IMG/VR virus record: IMGVR_UViG_3300018048_001965
Direction: 5' to 3' (one strand)
Length of the DNA: 64,000 nt
Origin: an uncultured virus (IMG/VR IMGVR_UViG_3300018048_001965)
Lineage: Duplodnaviria > Heunggongvirae > Uroviricota > Caudoviricetes
Positions 29,728 to 39,240 of this stretch are shown in pieces. Below the pieces are notes generated by a model that was not told the origin of the DNA, ran no database searches, and worked only from the letters and a program-made list of their open reading frames with translations. The number at the start of each line of letters is the position of its first letter. Positions within the stretch are counted from its first letter, which is position 1. The position numbers and the translations under genes were made by a program.

Positions 29728-30824
29728 TGTCCAAGTATTATTTTAAGTATAGCCATTGGAATGAAATAGGGTACATTATGTATTTTTTAAAAAATGGCAA
29801 GGTTAATGTAGGAGAGCGAGGTAGCTTTAGTGTTAAACTTAACAATGATTTGTTCTATTTTGGCAAATCTTGGCCTAAAAAAAAATACTTAGAATGTTCT
29901 AACAGCATTGATGTTATTAATCAAGAAAATAAAAGTAAAATAGTTTTATCAACTCCTGGCGAAAAGATAGGTCCTAGCTTTTCAGATAATGATATAAAAA
30001 GATTTTTAGATAACGGTAATATATATCTTTCTGGCGCAAAATATTCTTTTGATCATAAAAATGCTATAAATGATTATAGATTAACTTTATTTTATTTTTA
30101 TTATTATTTTGGTCATGAATTTTTAAATTTTTATCCATCTGACGTAAAAAATAATCTTGTTGGATGTTATCACAGACCTTTCCATATAAACGGAAAATTG
30201 TCTCAGACTAGACATATGATCTATGATAATATGAAAGAAATATTAAAAGAAGATCTTAAAATTTACAAATCGCATAGTAGTAATATTTCTGATGTTATTA
30301 ATAGTTATGAAATATTCGGAGTTTGGGAACATAATCACATATCATCTTATACAGATTACCAAACTAGTGTTGTTAATATGTTATGGGAAACAATAGGTAA
30401 CGATGTAGGTCACAATTGGGCTGATGGTGTCGATACAGACAGTAGATTTCACAGACAACATATATCGGAAAAAACATTAAAATGTTTGTTATATGGTAAA
30501 GCAAAAATATTTTTTATGCTATATACGACTCAAGATCAATATAAATGGCTTATTGACAATGGATTTTGGTTACTAAATTTTAAATTTCTTCCTGAAAATT
30601 TAAATGAGATTACACAAGATGACGCACAAAATTCTATATATAGCACTTGCAAATATCTAATCGATCTAAAAGAAAAATATAAAACTAATCATAATGTTCA
30701 AAAATATTTACTAGACAATTATGGTGAAAAAATAGAAAAAAATTATGAAAAATTAATTCGTATGATTACACAAGATGACGATATGGTATTAACATCAAAG
30801 TTTATAAATGCTTTAAAGGGATAA
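29724..30824 (+). CDS. Hypothetical protein with weak ET...SEKT glycosyltransferase-like motif
   Basis: NMLWET...ISEKTLK resembles the motif in 23671 and 26912. Visibly very AT-rich. Confidence 0.45.
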   Translation: MMSKYYFKYSHWNEIGYIMYFLKNGKVNVGERGSFSVKLNNDLFYFGKSWPKKKYLECSNSIDVINQENKSKIVLSTPGEKIGPSFSDNDIKRFLDNGNIYLSGAKYSFDHKNAINDYRLTLFYFYYYFGHEFLNFYPSDVKNNLVGCYHRPFHINGKLSQTRHMIYDNMKEILKEDLKIYKSHSSNISDVINSYEIFGVWEHNHISSYTDYQTSVVNMLWETIGNDVGHNWADGVDTDSRFHRQHISEKTLKCLLYGKAKIFFMLYTTQDQYKWLIDNGFWLLNFKFLPENLNEITQDDAQNSIYSTCKYLIDLKEKYKTNHNVQKYLLDNYGEKIEKNYEKLIRMITQDDDMVLTSKFINALKG

Positions 30825-30829
30825 AATAT

Positions 30830-31762
30830 ATGAAAATATTAATCACAGGCGGAGCCGGATACTTAGGTTCTACAGCAGCAGAATATTTGTTATCTAAAGG
30901 ATATGCTGTTACAGTATTAGACAATCTTATGTACAAGCAATTGTCTCTTTTGCATCTATTTAAAAACGACAACTTTTGTTTTGTAAAAGGCGATGTACGC
31001 AACAAAGAACTATTGCAAGAATTAGTTAAAGATCACGATGTAATAATTCCCTTAGCTGCTATTGTAGGAATGCCAGCATGTAAAGATAATCCTCAACTTA
31101 CAGTAGAAGTTAACTACGAACAGATAAAGCACATTGCACAAGTGTTAACAGCAAAACAGAAATTGATTATGCCTAACACAAACAGCCAGTATGGTTCTAG
31201 TGAAGAAATTATCACAGAAGAAAGTCCATTCAAACCTCTTAGTTTGTATGCTAAAACAAAGTGTGACGCAGAAGATACAGTTATTGCTAGCGGCGGTGTT
31301 GCACTAAGACTTGCTACTGTTTTTGGAATTAGTCCTAGAATGCGCCAAGACCTGTTAGTAAATGATTTTGTTTATAAATCTTTTACGGATGGATATCTCG
31401 TTTTGTTTGAAGCGCATTTTAAACGCAACTATATACATGTACAAGACATTGCAAGAGCATTTGAGTTTGTAATAGAAAACTATGAAAAATGTTCAGGCGA
31501 AGCATTTAATGTAGGATTGTCTACTGCTAATCTAAGTAAAATGGAACTTGCAGAAAAAATAAAAGAACACATACCTGGTTTAGTTATTAAGCAGGACGAA
31601 TTTAAACAAGACTTTGATAAACGAAACTATATTGTAAGTAATGATAAAATAGAATCACTAGGTTGGAAACCTTTGTATGATTTAGATTATGGTATAAAAC
31701 AACTTATTGAAGCATATAGTATTGTAGTTACGCACAACAACAGGAGTTTTACGAACCTATGA
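30830..31762 (+). CDS. NAD-dependent nucleotide-sugar epimerase/dehydratase/reductase (extended SDR)
   Basis: ITGGAGYLGS, LAAIVG, YAKTK (YxxxK), RNYIHVQD. Confidence 0.9.
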   Translation: MKILITGGAGYLGSTAAEYLLSKGYAVTVLDNLMYKQLSLLHLFKNDNFCFVKGDVRNKELLQELVKDHDVIIPLAAIVGMPACKDNPQLTVEVNYEQIKHIAQVLTAKQKLIMPNTNSQYGSSEEIITEESPFKPLSLYAKTKCDAEDTVIASGGVALRLATVFGISPRMRQDLLVNDFVYKSFTDGYLVLFEAHFKRNYIHVQDIARAFEFVIENYEKCSGEAFNVGLSTANLSKMELAEKIKEHIPGLVIKQDEFKQDFDKRNYIVSNDKIESLGWKPLYDLDYGIKQLIEAYSIVVTHNNRSFTNL

Positions 31763-32214
31763 CATACAAATCAGAAAGAAGATATTTACAAACACTAAGT
31801 GAATTAATTGATAGACTTTCTATTGTACAATTAAAAGAAGTCTTTATACCAGAATACAAAGACGAGTACGCACAAGAGATTGATGATATTGTACACGACA
31901 TACAACTTATACTAGATGAAAATAATTCAGTAGTTGATGCAAAAACTATTAGAGCTATAATAGTTTGCGCACAAATGAATTTGCATATCTGGCAAAATGA
32001 ATCAAAGTTTCGTAGAGGCGAAAAAGAAGGAAATCTTGAACTTACTCATGGTCTGAACGGAATTAGAAATACAAGTAAGAATATTATACAAGAACTAATT
32101 GGTGGAAGAAAAGATTATAAAGTAGACTGTTTAGCAGCAGATTTTAAAGACTGGGAAATAAGTTGGCCGAAAGGAGGACAAAGTGATAAAACGAAAAACA
32201 GAAAAAGTAAATAA
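31759..32214 (+). CDS. Hypothetical helical protein
   Basis: 151 aa containing ELIDRLSI.QLK, coupled by an ATGA overlap. Confidence 0.6.
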   Translation: MTYKSERRYLQTLSELIDRLSIVQLKEVFIPEYKDEYAQEIDDIVHDIQLILDENNSVVDAKTIRAIIVCAQMNLHIWQNESKFRRGEKEGNLELTHGLNGIRNTSKNIIQELIGGRKDYKVDCLAADFKDWEISWPKGGQSDKTKNRKSK

Positions 32215-33100
32215 ATCTATTTTATTTGCAGGATGTAGTTTTACTTGGGGACAAGGTCTGTATTATTATACAGGACTTCCTAGCATAGTTGAACAACCGT
32301 GGAACACCTACGATCACCGACTAGTAAATCACACACAAATTGAACACGCTGCAAGAATGAGATTTCCAAGACTGGTTGCAAATTACTTTAATACATCAGA
32401 AATAGTAGATAGAGTTAACGGCGGCAGTCATCAGAGTATTTTAAAGTGGTGGAATACCTGTTTTTTTAGTGATACTAATTTTGTGGATGGACACGGAAGG
32501 ACAGATATTCCTTTAGAAGATATTGGTTTAGTAGTAATGCAACTTACTCAACCTCATAGAGATTGTATTGCTTTTGAAGGACCGGGTATTGCTTTTAATG
32601 AATTGTACAATGATATTCCTAAATTAAAACGTTTTATGAAGATACATGATATCAAAACACCTGATGATTATGTAAAATGGTATATTGATTATAGTCTAAG
32701 ACCTATAGAACATTTTTTACGCACTTGTGAAGATAAGGGTATACCTACACTGTTACTATCATGGCCAAATGAAAATTTAGAATGGATTAGAAATAATCCT
32801 TGGATGAATGAACGGTTAATGACATTGACTTATAAAGGAATAGAATACCAAAGCATGGCAGACATGATGGACGAACATCAACCTGGTAATCAAGAATTAA
32901 CAATAAGATCCGATTATGACTATTTTAATCAACCGCCCTTAGATGACCATCCATCAATGTTGTGCCATCATGTAATGGCTGAAAACGTTATTAAAACTAT
33001 AGAAGATAGAAATTTGTTACAGCCGTTTACTAATTTACCGTCGTTTTCGCCGTTACTACATGTTAACATAAAACAAGGAATTTATCAAAATGAGTTATAA
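32183..33100 (+). CDS. SGNH/GDSL-like protein
   Basis: GCSFTWGQG ... DDHPS...H. AGGAGG SD before GTG. Confidence 0.6.
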   Translation: MIKRKTEKVNKSILFAGCSFTWGQGLYYYTGLPSIVEQPWNTYDHRLVNHTQIEHAARMRFPRLVANYFNTSEIVDRVNGGSHQSILKWWNTCFFSDTNFVDGHGRTDIPLEDIGLVVMQLTQPHRDCIAFEGPGIAFNELYNDIPKLKRFMKIHDIKTPDDYVKWYIDYSLRPIEHFLRTCEDKGIPTLLLSWPNENLEWIRNNPWMNERLMTLTYKGIEYQSMADMMDEHQPGNQELTIRSDYDYFNQPPLDDHPSMLCHHVMAENVIKTIEDRNLLQPFTNLPSFSPLLHVNIKQGIYQNEL

Positions 33101-33611
33101 AGAAGAACTAACAAAGGCAATGACCTTTTTAGGTGATAAAAATGATACAAAGTTTATCGGACAACAAATTGTTTTTCCTGGTAATCCAATGAGTGCTACA
33201 CTCGATAATGTCAACAAAGATAAAATGATAGAAACTCCAGTAATGGAAGAAGTTCAAATGGGGATAAGTCTAGGTATGGCAATGACCGGAATGAAAGTAG
33301 TTACCATTTATCCTAGATGGGACTTCTTAATAAGTGCAACAAATCAACTTGTTAACCATATAGATAAGTATGAACTGATGACAGGAAGCACAGCTACGGT
33401 TATTATTAGAGTAGGCAAAGGCGCCGATGAGCCATTAGATCCCGGACATCAACATAAGGGTAATTATTTTGAACAATTTAAGTCGTTATGTCCAAACACA
33501 ACATTTTATGAATTTACATCTAGCGAACAGATATTTGATGTATATAAAAACGCATACGAGAAGGGAGGCATGCATCTAATGTTAGAATATCCGCAATTAT
33601 ATTCTGTATGA
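33090..33611 (+). CDS. TPP enzyme E1 beta-like subunit (pyrimidine-binding domain only)
   Basis: IETPVMEEVQMG..LGMAM.G, NQLVNH and GHQH. At 173 aa it lacks the C-terminal domain. Confidence 0.8.
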   Translation: MSYKEELTKAMTFLGDKNDTKFIGQQIVFPGNPMSATLDNVNKDKMIETPVMEEVQMGISLGMAMTGMKVVTIYPRWDFLISATNQLVNHIDKYELMTGSTATVIIRVGKGADEPLDPGHQHKGNYFEQFKSLCPNTTFYEFTSSEQIFDVYKNAYEKGGMHLMLEYPQLYSV

Positions 33612-34003
33612 AAATTTTTGTAAACGGAACTTTTGATATACTGCATCCGGGACACATGGCATTATTTGAATATGCAAAATCCCAAGGCGACTATTTAAAA
33701 GTAGCAATAGATACTGACGAGAGGATAAAAGTAAACAAAGGTTTCGACAGACCTGTTAATAACCAAGACATACGCAGGCGTATGCTAGAATGCATTAAAT
33801 TCATTGACGAAGTTAGTTTGTTTGGAACAGACGACGAGCTCATAAGTACTGTAAAAGAATATGGTCCAGATTTAATGATAGTTGGATCAGACTATGTAAA
33901 TAAAAGAGTTATAGGAAGCGAATATGCAAAAGAACTGTTTTTCTTTGAAAGAGATGCAAGATATTCTTCAACAAAGGTCATTGAACGTATTAATAATAGG
34001 TGA
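33608..34003 (+). CDS. Cytidylyltransferase-family nucleotidyltransferase (HldE/RfaE domain II-like)
   Basis: NGTFDILHPGH (HxGH), KG.DRPVN, GSDY, YSST. Confidence 0.85.
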   Translation: MKIFVNGTFDILHPGHMALFEYAKSQGDYLKVAIDTDERIKVNKGFDRPVNNQDIRRRMLECIKFIDEVSLFGTDDELISTVKEYGPDLMIVGSDYVNKRVIGSEYAKELFFFERDARYSSTKVIERINNR

Positions 34004-34721
34004 CGGTTGTTGTGATCTAAATCATTACGGCAAAGTAACTCGTATAAGCCAAGAAGCACCTGTGCCTATTTTTGATCTTATGTATACTGAAAGTGCATAC
34101 GGCATGAGTTACAATGTTGCAGAAAACTTTAAAGCATTGGGCGTAAAGAATATTAATTTGCAAACTTATGTTGTAGAAAACAAACATAGGTATATTGAAA
34201 AAGGATCCTATAGGCAAGTTTACAGAGTTGATGAAAAGGTTAAGAGTCAAGAAGTAAAGTTGTCGTATGCTGGCGTATATGACTGTATAGTAATACCAGA
34301 TTATGACAAAGGGTTAGTTCCTTATGATTTAATAGAAGAAATAACTAATAATGCAACTGTTCCGATATTTATTGATACTAAGAAACCTGATCTTGCAAGA
34401 TTTAGAAATTGTATAGTAAAAATAAACGAACATGAGTATAATGATGCTATATCAGAAGCAGAAAGTTTAGTTGTAACCCGAGCTGACAAAGATGTGCTTG
34501 TTATAGAAAATGGTAAAACAACATCTACTCATCATGTAGAACCAATAGAAATAGCCGATGTAACCGGTGCAGGAGATAGTTTTTTTGCAGCCTTTGTTAC
34601 ATATTATATGTTAACTGATAATAAAGAAAAGGCAATAGAATTTGCAATAAAGTCTAGCCAAATTTCTGTACAACATAGAGGCGTATATGCTCCGAGATTG
34701 GAAGAAATATGCAAAGACTAA
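33954..34721 (+). CDS. PfkB-family sugar kinase (HldE/RfaE domain I-like)
   Basis: IIGD...D....G...RIS.EAPVP, DYDKG, DVTGAGD. The start is uncertain (33924 or 33954). Confidence 0.85.
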   Translation: MQDILQQRSLNVLIIGDGCCDLNHYGKVTRISQEAPVPIFDLMYTESAYGMSYNVAENFKALGVKNINLQTYVVENKHRYIEKGSYRQVYRVDEKVKSQEVKLSYAGVYDCIVIPDYDKGLVPYDLIEEITNNATVPIFIDTKKPDLARFRNCIVKINEHEYNDAISEAESLVVTRADKDVLVIENGKTTSTHHVEPIEIADVTGAGDSFFAAFVTYYMLTDNKEKAIEFAIKSSQISVQHRGVYAPRLEEICKD

Positions 34722-35068
34722 AAGGACATGTAGAAAAGGGTTGGGGTAGTGAATTAATATTTGCTACTAACGACTTATACTGCGGTAAGTTATTAAATTT
34801 TAACACAGGTGCAAAGTTTAGTATGCATTTTCATCGAGAAAAGGACGAAACTTGGCATGTACTATCAGGACATTTTGAAGTCCGTACGATTGATACTAGA
34901 ACAGCTGATATAGAGGTACATGAATTACGTGTAGGAGATTCGTGGCATAATCCTCCATTGCTACCGCATCAAATAATTTGTTTAGAAGCAGGTACACTAG
35001 TAGAGGTTAGTACACCAGACAGTGTTGAAGATAATTACAGAGTTGCCAAAGGAGATAGTCAAAAATGA
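34709..35068 (+). CDS. Cupin sugar isomerase-like protein
   Basis: KGWGSE, SMHFH..KDETW.V..G, P...HQ, EVST...D.YR. Confidence 0.75.
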   Translation: MQRLKGHVEKGWGSELIFATNDLYCGKLLNFNTGAKFSMHFHREKDETWHVLSGHFEVRTIDTRTADIEVHELRVGDSWHNPPLLPHQIICLEAGTLVEVSTPDSVEDNYRVAKGDSQK

Positions 35069-35352
35069 AATATGTAGTTGACATTGACGGAACAATATGC
35101 TACACTAAAGACAGTGATTACTATAACTCAAAACCTAACTACGAACATATAACTAAGATTAACGAATTATATATGGACGGACATACAATAGTTTATTGGA
35201 CAGCCCGAGGAGCTAATTCAGGTATAGACTGGACAGCATTAACTAAAGAACAGTTGTTTTCTTGGGGAGTTAAGTATCATAATTTGTGGATGCAAAAACC
35301 TCATTATGATGTGTGGGTAGACGATAAAGCTGACTGGATATTTGATGTATGA
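35065..35352 (+). CDS. Minimal HAD-family phosphatase
   Basis: DIDGT (motif I), TAR (II), KP (III), DDK (IV). Confidence 0.8.
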   Translation: MKYVVDIDGTICYTKDSDYYNSKPNYEHITKINELYMDGHTIVYWTARGANSGIDWTALTKEQLFSWGVKYHNLWMQKPHYDVWVDDKADWIFDV

Positions 35353-36031
35353 CATTGTTTTTATAAGTTATAAAGAACCTAATGCTGCTGAAAATTATGC
35401 TGCACTAAAAGAACGATTTCCTATGACTAAGCCTGTTGACGGAGTAAAAGGAATACATCAGGCACACATTGCTGCTGCAAAGAAATGTTTTACTAAAATG
35501 TTTTGGATTGTTGACGGTGATGCACAGGTTTTAGATTCCTTTAATTTTGATTATGAAGTTCCAGATCATCAGTTAGATCATGTACACGTTTGGCGCAGTA
35601 AGAATCCTATAAATGGTTTAGAGTACGGCTACGGCGGAGTAAAACTTTTTCCTAGACGTATGACAATAAACATGGATACAAGTAAACCTGACATGACTAC
35701 AAGTATTAGCGACAATTTTCGAGTAATGAACGAAATAAGTAACATTACTGCATTTAATACAGATCCGTTTAACACTTGGAAAAGTGCATTTAGAGAATGT
35801 GCAAAATTATCAAGTAAGTCTATACAAGGACAACTTAATATTGAAACTGAAGACCGATTGGCGGCGTGGCTAAATCCTATTTCAGATGCACTTTATAGAA
35901 ATGAAGCAAAACGCGGCGCCCAAGAAGGCAGAGAATACGGAGAAAAACACGCACAATCACCGCAAGATTTGCGTAGAATAAATGATTTTGATTGGTTGTA
36001 TGAACAATTTTCAAACAATACCCTGGGATAA
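35345..36031 (+). CDS. Glycosyltransferase-like protein; paralog of 21379
   Basis: YDIVFISYKEPNA, GVKGIHQAH, VDGD, YGYGGVK, WKSAFRE. Confidence 0.6.
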   Translation: MYDIVFISYKEPNAAENYAALKERFPMTKPVDGVKGIHQAHIAAAKKCFTKMFWIVDGDAQVLDSFNFDYEVPDHQLDHVHVWRSKNPINGLEYGYGGVKLFPRRMTINMDTSKPDMTTSISDNFRVMNEISNITAFNTDPFNTWKSAFRECAKLSSKSIQGQLNIETEDRLAAWLNPISDALYRNEAKRGAQEGREYGEKHAQSPQDLRRINDFDWLYEQFSNNTLG

Positions 36032-36998
36032 AATTACCCAATTTGGACAGAAGACACTCCTAAAGAGCCATCTTTTCACAGTTTCTTGGATACTGGCTAG
36101 ATTTTGTAATTATTCATGCAGTTATTGCTGGCCATACGCTAGATCTAGTACCCCTGACCACCAAGATCTAGAATTGTACTTACACACACTAGATAGTATC
36201 AAGGCACAGGCAAGAGATAACGGTTTTACAGATTTTCATTTTTCGTTCAGCGGAGGCGAGCCTACAGCGTATAAATACTTTGGGGAGATCATAGATCATT
36301 ACTGTAGGGATACAGCACCCGAATACCAAAGTATTCATATGACCACAAATCTATCACCAGGTGTGAAATGGTGGAACAAGTGGATACTTAACACAGACAC
36401 ACTGCAAAGAAAAAGCATCACAGCGAGTTACCACGCTGAGTTTGCTAATGAACAGGAGTTTGGAGATAAGTGTCTCTTATTAGCTGATAATGAAGTATTT
36501 GTTACAATCAATCAAGTCATGGTGCCAGAAAGGTTTGAGGAACTTTACGAACGCTGTGAACGATTTGCCGCCCGAGGTATTAATGTCACTCTCAAACCAC
36601 AATCCGACCCCACTGCCTCCTTCGTGGTACATGGATATACACCAAGCCAACTTAGACAGATGCAAACAGGATTCCCCCAAAGAATCCCAGATAGATATAA
36701 AAAAATAATTCCTTTATACCAAGTAGAATTACAAGATGATGCAGGTAACATATATAATGTTGATCAAGCCGAGCGATTCAATGCCTTTGGTTTTAATAAG
36801 TTTAAAGGATGGACTTGTAATGCAGGATATCAAGGATGCGTTATAAGAGGTAATGAAGTAAAGCGGAGTTATAGTTGTAGTGAAGAACCGTTAGGCACAC
36901 TACAAGACGGTTTTACGCTGTTTAAGGCACCATCTAAATGTGTTACTGATACTTGTGTAAGCAGTGCTGACTCAAAGATTCCTAAGGTAAAAATATGA
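36000..36998 (+). CDS. Radical SAM protein with C-terminal twitch-like Cys motif
   Basis: CNYSCSYC, SGGEP and C-terminal W.CNAG...C....C. The start is uncertain (35982 or 36000). Confidence 0.9.
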   Translation: MNNFQTIPWDKITQFGQKTLLKSHLFTVSWILARFCNYSCSYCWPYARSSTPDHQDLELYLHTLDSIKAQARDNGFTDFHFSFSGGEPTAYKYFGEIIDHYCRDTAPEYQSIHMTTNLSPGVKWWNKWILNTDTLQRKSITASYHAEFANEQEFGDKCLLLADNEVFVTINQVMVPERFEELYERCERFAARGINVTLKPQSDPTASFVVHGYTPSQLRQMQTGFPQRIPDRYKKIIPLYQVELQDDAGNIYNVDQAERFNAFGFNKFKGWTCNAGYQGCVIRGNEVKRSYSCSEEPLGTLQDGFTLFKAPSKCVTDTCVSSADSKIPKVKI

Positions 36999-37597
36999 AA
37001 GTTGAAATAGAAGATGTATTGTTTTGGATGGATGCAATCCGTAATAGCGAAGATAGATATCGCACACTCGAAAGTTTTTGGAAAGGACAAGTTCGAAGTA
37101 AAGTTTGGCTTAGTGATCATTTAAACAATTGGTACATAGGTTTAAAAGATATAGTAATATTCGGAGGGTGGAACGGAGTGTTGGCAAGTATTCTTTTTAA
37201 TGCTCGTCCGGATATTAAAAGTATTATTAGCGTTGATATAGATCCTACTTGCGAAGAAATTGCAAACACTGTAAACAAGCGTTATGAAATGGAAGGCAAA
37301 TTCAAAGCAGTAACCGCTGACATGTGCAACTACAAGTACGATGCACATTTAGTAATCAACACAAGTTGTGAACATATTAATCAACAGCAGTATGAAACTT
37401 GGTTAAGTAACATACCAGAACAGGCTATGATAGTATTACAGAGTAACGACTATTTTGATTTAGATGAGCATATAAGATGTGCTACTGACTTAGAAGACTT
37501 CGTAGAAATGAGTAAAATTTATGTTACATGGAAAGCAGAGTTGCAAACTGAAAAGTATAAAAGATTTATGCTTATTGGTCAAAAAGTAATAGATTGA
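36995..37597 (+). CDS. Class I SAM-dependent methyltransferase-like protein
   Basis: IFGGWNG, SVDID, ADM, INTSCEH. Confidence 0.65.
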   Translation: MKVEIEDVLFWMDAIRNSEDRYRTLESFWKGQVRSKVWLSDHLNNWYIGLKDIVIFGGWNGVLASILFNARPDIKSIISVDIDPTCEEIANTVNKRYEMEGKFKAVTADMCNYKYDAHLVINTSCEHINQQQYETWLSNIPEQAMIVLQSNDYFDLDEHIRCATDLEDFVEMSKIYVTWKAELQTEKYKRFMLIGQKVID

Positions 37598-38250
37598 TCT
37601 TTAAATTTGTTAAAACTTTGTTCTAATAGCGCATTATGTTTTTCCACATCAATTATTCCACCGATTGCTACCATGACCTTTCCTGGCCCAGCCATTGTAG
37701 CACCGTGATAGTATTTGTCGTGTGATAAACAAAACACAGGATTACCTTTATCTATTTTAGGATAAATTTTATCACCGTTATCATTTTCAGAAAGAAAAAA
37801 ACTTTTGTATTCGTGTTTTGTAAGTAGTATATTATAACGCTTTGGGTCTAATAATTTTGTATCATCGTCGACTATTTCAAAATCTTCTCTATCTTTATGA
37901 ATCGGTACATCACTTGTTTGTTCTAATGCCATTACTAAACTTAGTTGTTTATACGGTAATTGATCTATAACGGAAGCAATTTGCGGAAATTTAGTATCAA
38001 AACTATCGTAGTATTGTCCAATGCTATCCATTAATACACTTGAATGTTTTTTATGGTATTGATATATATCGACGTCATTCCATTCGTCTCTTAGCATTCT
38101 TCCAAATATAGGATAAGTTTTCCATAATCCACTAGCACACGGCATGTGATCTGAAATAGCTCCTATTGCATGAAAATGTTCTAATATTTCAGATTCGTTA
38201 GGTAAATCAACTTCTATGTCGATTGGCAAGTATGCAATATTGTTAAACAA
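37579..38250 (-). CDS. Putative Fe(II)/2OG or cupin oxygenase-like protein
   Basis: PIHKD ... YHGA His/Asp/His pattern. AAGGA SD before TTG. Confidence 0.5.
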   Translation of the reverse strand: MFNNIAYLPIDIEVDLPNESEILEHFHAIGAISDHMPCASGLWKTYPIFGRMLRDEWNDVDIYQYHKKHSSVLMDSIGQYYDSFDTKFPQIASVIDQLPYKQLSLVMALEQTSDVPIHKDREDFEIVDDDTKLLDPKRYNILLTKHEYKSFFLSENDNGDKIYPKIDKGNPVFCLSHDKYYHGATMAGPGKVMVAIGGIIDVEKHNALLEQSFNKFKDQSITF

Positions 38251-38275
38251 TTCTTTTCCTTTAAATTTAACAAGT

Positions 38276-38368
38276 CTATTTATAAATATATCTTGTTCTT
38301 TTCTTAAGAGATTTAATTTTTTTTCTATATTTAATTCTTAAATATATTGATTTTAAAAATGCAAACAT
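38276..38368 (-). CDS. 30-aa polycationic peptide MFAFLKSIYLRIKYRKKIKSLKKRTRYIYK (not in ORF track)
   Basis: Translated by hand, ATG 38368 to TAG 38276. It fills the largest gap in the island and overlaps the 3' end of the upstream gene by 16 nt, as other coupled genes here do. Confidence 0.6.
   Translation of the reverse strand: MFAFLKSIYLRIKYRKKIKSLKKRTRYIYK
38277..38284 (-). promoter_or_regulatory. T4-type late promoter TATAAATA
   Basis: Exact consensus on the minus strand, 26 nt upstream of gene 37579..38250. Confidence 0.6.
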
Positions 38369-39222
38369 TTTATTCTTTCAGATATGTGTTCGCTTATTAA
38401 CTTATGAGCATTATGTGAAAAATGGTAATGAGGCAAATAGCAATAATTACTAATTTCTTCTAAAGACTGCTCTGATAATTTAAAATGATTCATATCATTA
38501 AGTAACATATTTTCTACTGAACTTAAATCAAAAGAATTATCTGTATGTGTTATTGTAATATTGTCGTTAACTTTATAATGATATTCGCCATGTGGTTGAT
38601 TTAGTTTAGACGATGAAATCGGCAATACATAACAAATTATATTTTTTAAATTTAATTTATGTATTGTGTAAAGTATAGACATATAGTCTTCTTGCATAGT
38701 TAGAGATTCGCTAAAAAACTCAAAAAAGTATTCTTGCAAAATATTATTTTGCGTTCTAGATAAAAAATGAATAGGTTGAGTAGGTTGTAAAACAACACTT
38801 CCAGCTTCAGTTTGAGAATAAGTCAACAACATTCGATTATGGGTTGTTATTTGTATAATTGCTATAGTATTTGTGTAATAATCTTTAGGAAAATATTTTA
38901 ATGTTCGAAGAGCAATTTCTTTGTTAGAAATTCCTTGCTCAGCAATATTATCGACTGGTACTTGTAAGTTTTTACTTAACAATGACGGATATGCAAATTT
39001 TTTGTTATACGCAACAATTTCTTCTCGAGGTACATTCTGTTTAATATTTTTAGTATTAAATGCATTTAATTTGTCAAATACAACACTACCTTTTTTGTGT
39101 GAAAAATTTACTTTTTGATTTTCAGGTGTTGATAATTTAGAATATTCTGGAATATTTTTTTCTTCCCAAAGTTCTATACCAGCAGTTACGCTGCAACCTG
39201 AAATGACTATTTTTTCCATCAT
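38353..39222 (-). CDS. SGNH/GDSL-like protein
   Basis: GCSVTAG, N.AEQGISN, HF...AH. Confidence 0.6.
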   Translation of the reverse strand: MMEKIVISGCSVTAGIELWEEKNIPEYSKLSTPENQKVNFSHKKGSVVFDKLNAFNTKNIKQNVPREEIVAYNKKFAYPSLLSKNLQVPVDNIAEQGISNKEIALRTLKYFPKDYYTNTIAIIQITTHNRMLLTYSQTEAGSVVLQPTQPIHFLSRTQNNILQEYFFEFFSESLTMQEDYMSILYTIHKLNLKNIICYVLPISSSKLNQPHGEYHYKVNDNITITHTDNSFDLSSVENMLLNDMNHFKLSEQSLEEISNYCYLPHYHFSHNAHKLISEHISERIKCLHF

Positions 39223-39226
39223 AAAA

Positions 39227-39234
39227 TATTTATA
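39227..39234 (-). promoter_or_regulatory. T4-type late promoter TATAAATA
   Basis: Exact consensus in an 18-nt intergenic gap, 4 nt before ATG 39222. Confidence 0.65.
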
Positions 39235-39240
39235 TTATGG

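Noticed and set aside
26282..33611. Pyruvate dehydrogenase auxiliary metabolic genes (pdhA/pdhB)
   Set aside because: Both subunits are truncated and separated, lack E2/E3 in the window, and sit in NDP-sugar context, so no gene symbols were assigned.
38269..38297. Imperfect inverted repeat around TATTTATAAATA as a terminator
   Set aside because: The stem is AT-only and weak, and it is better explained by the promoter box and peptide coding.
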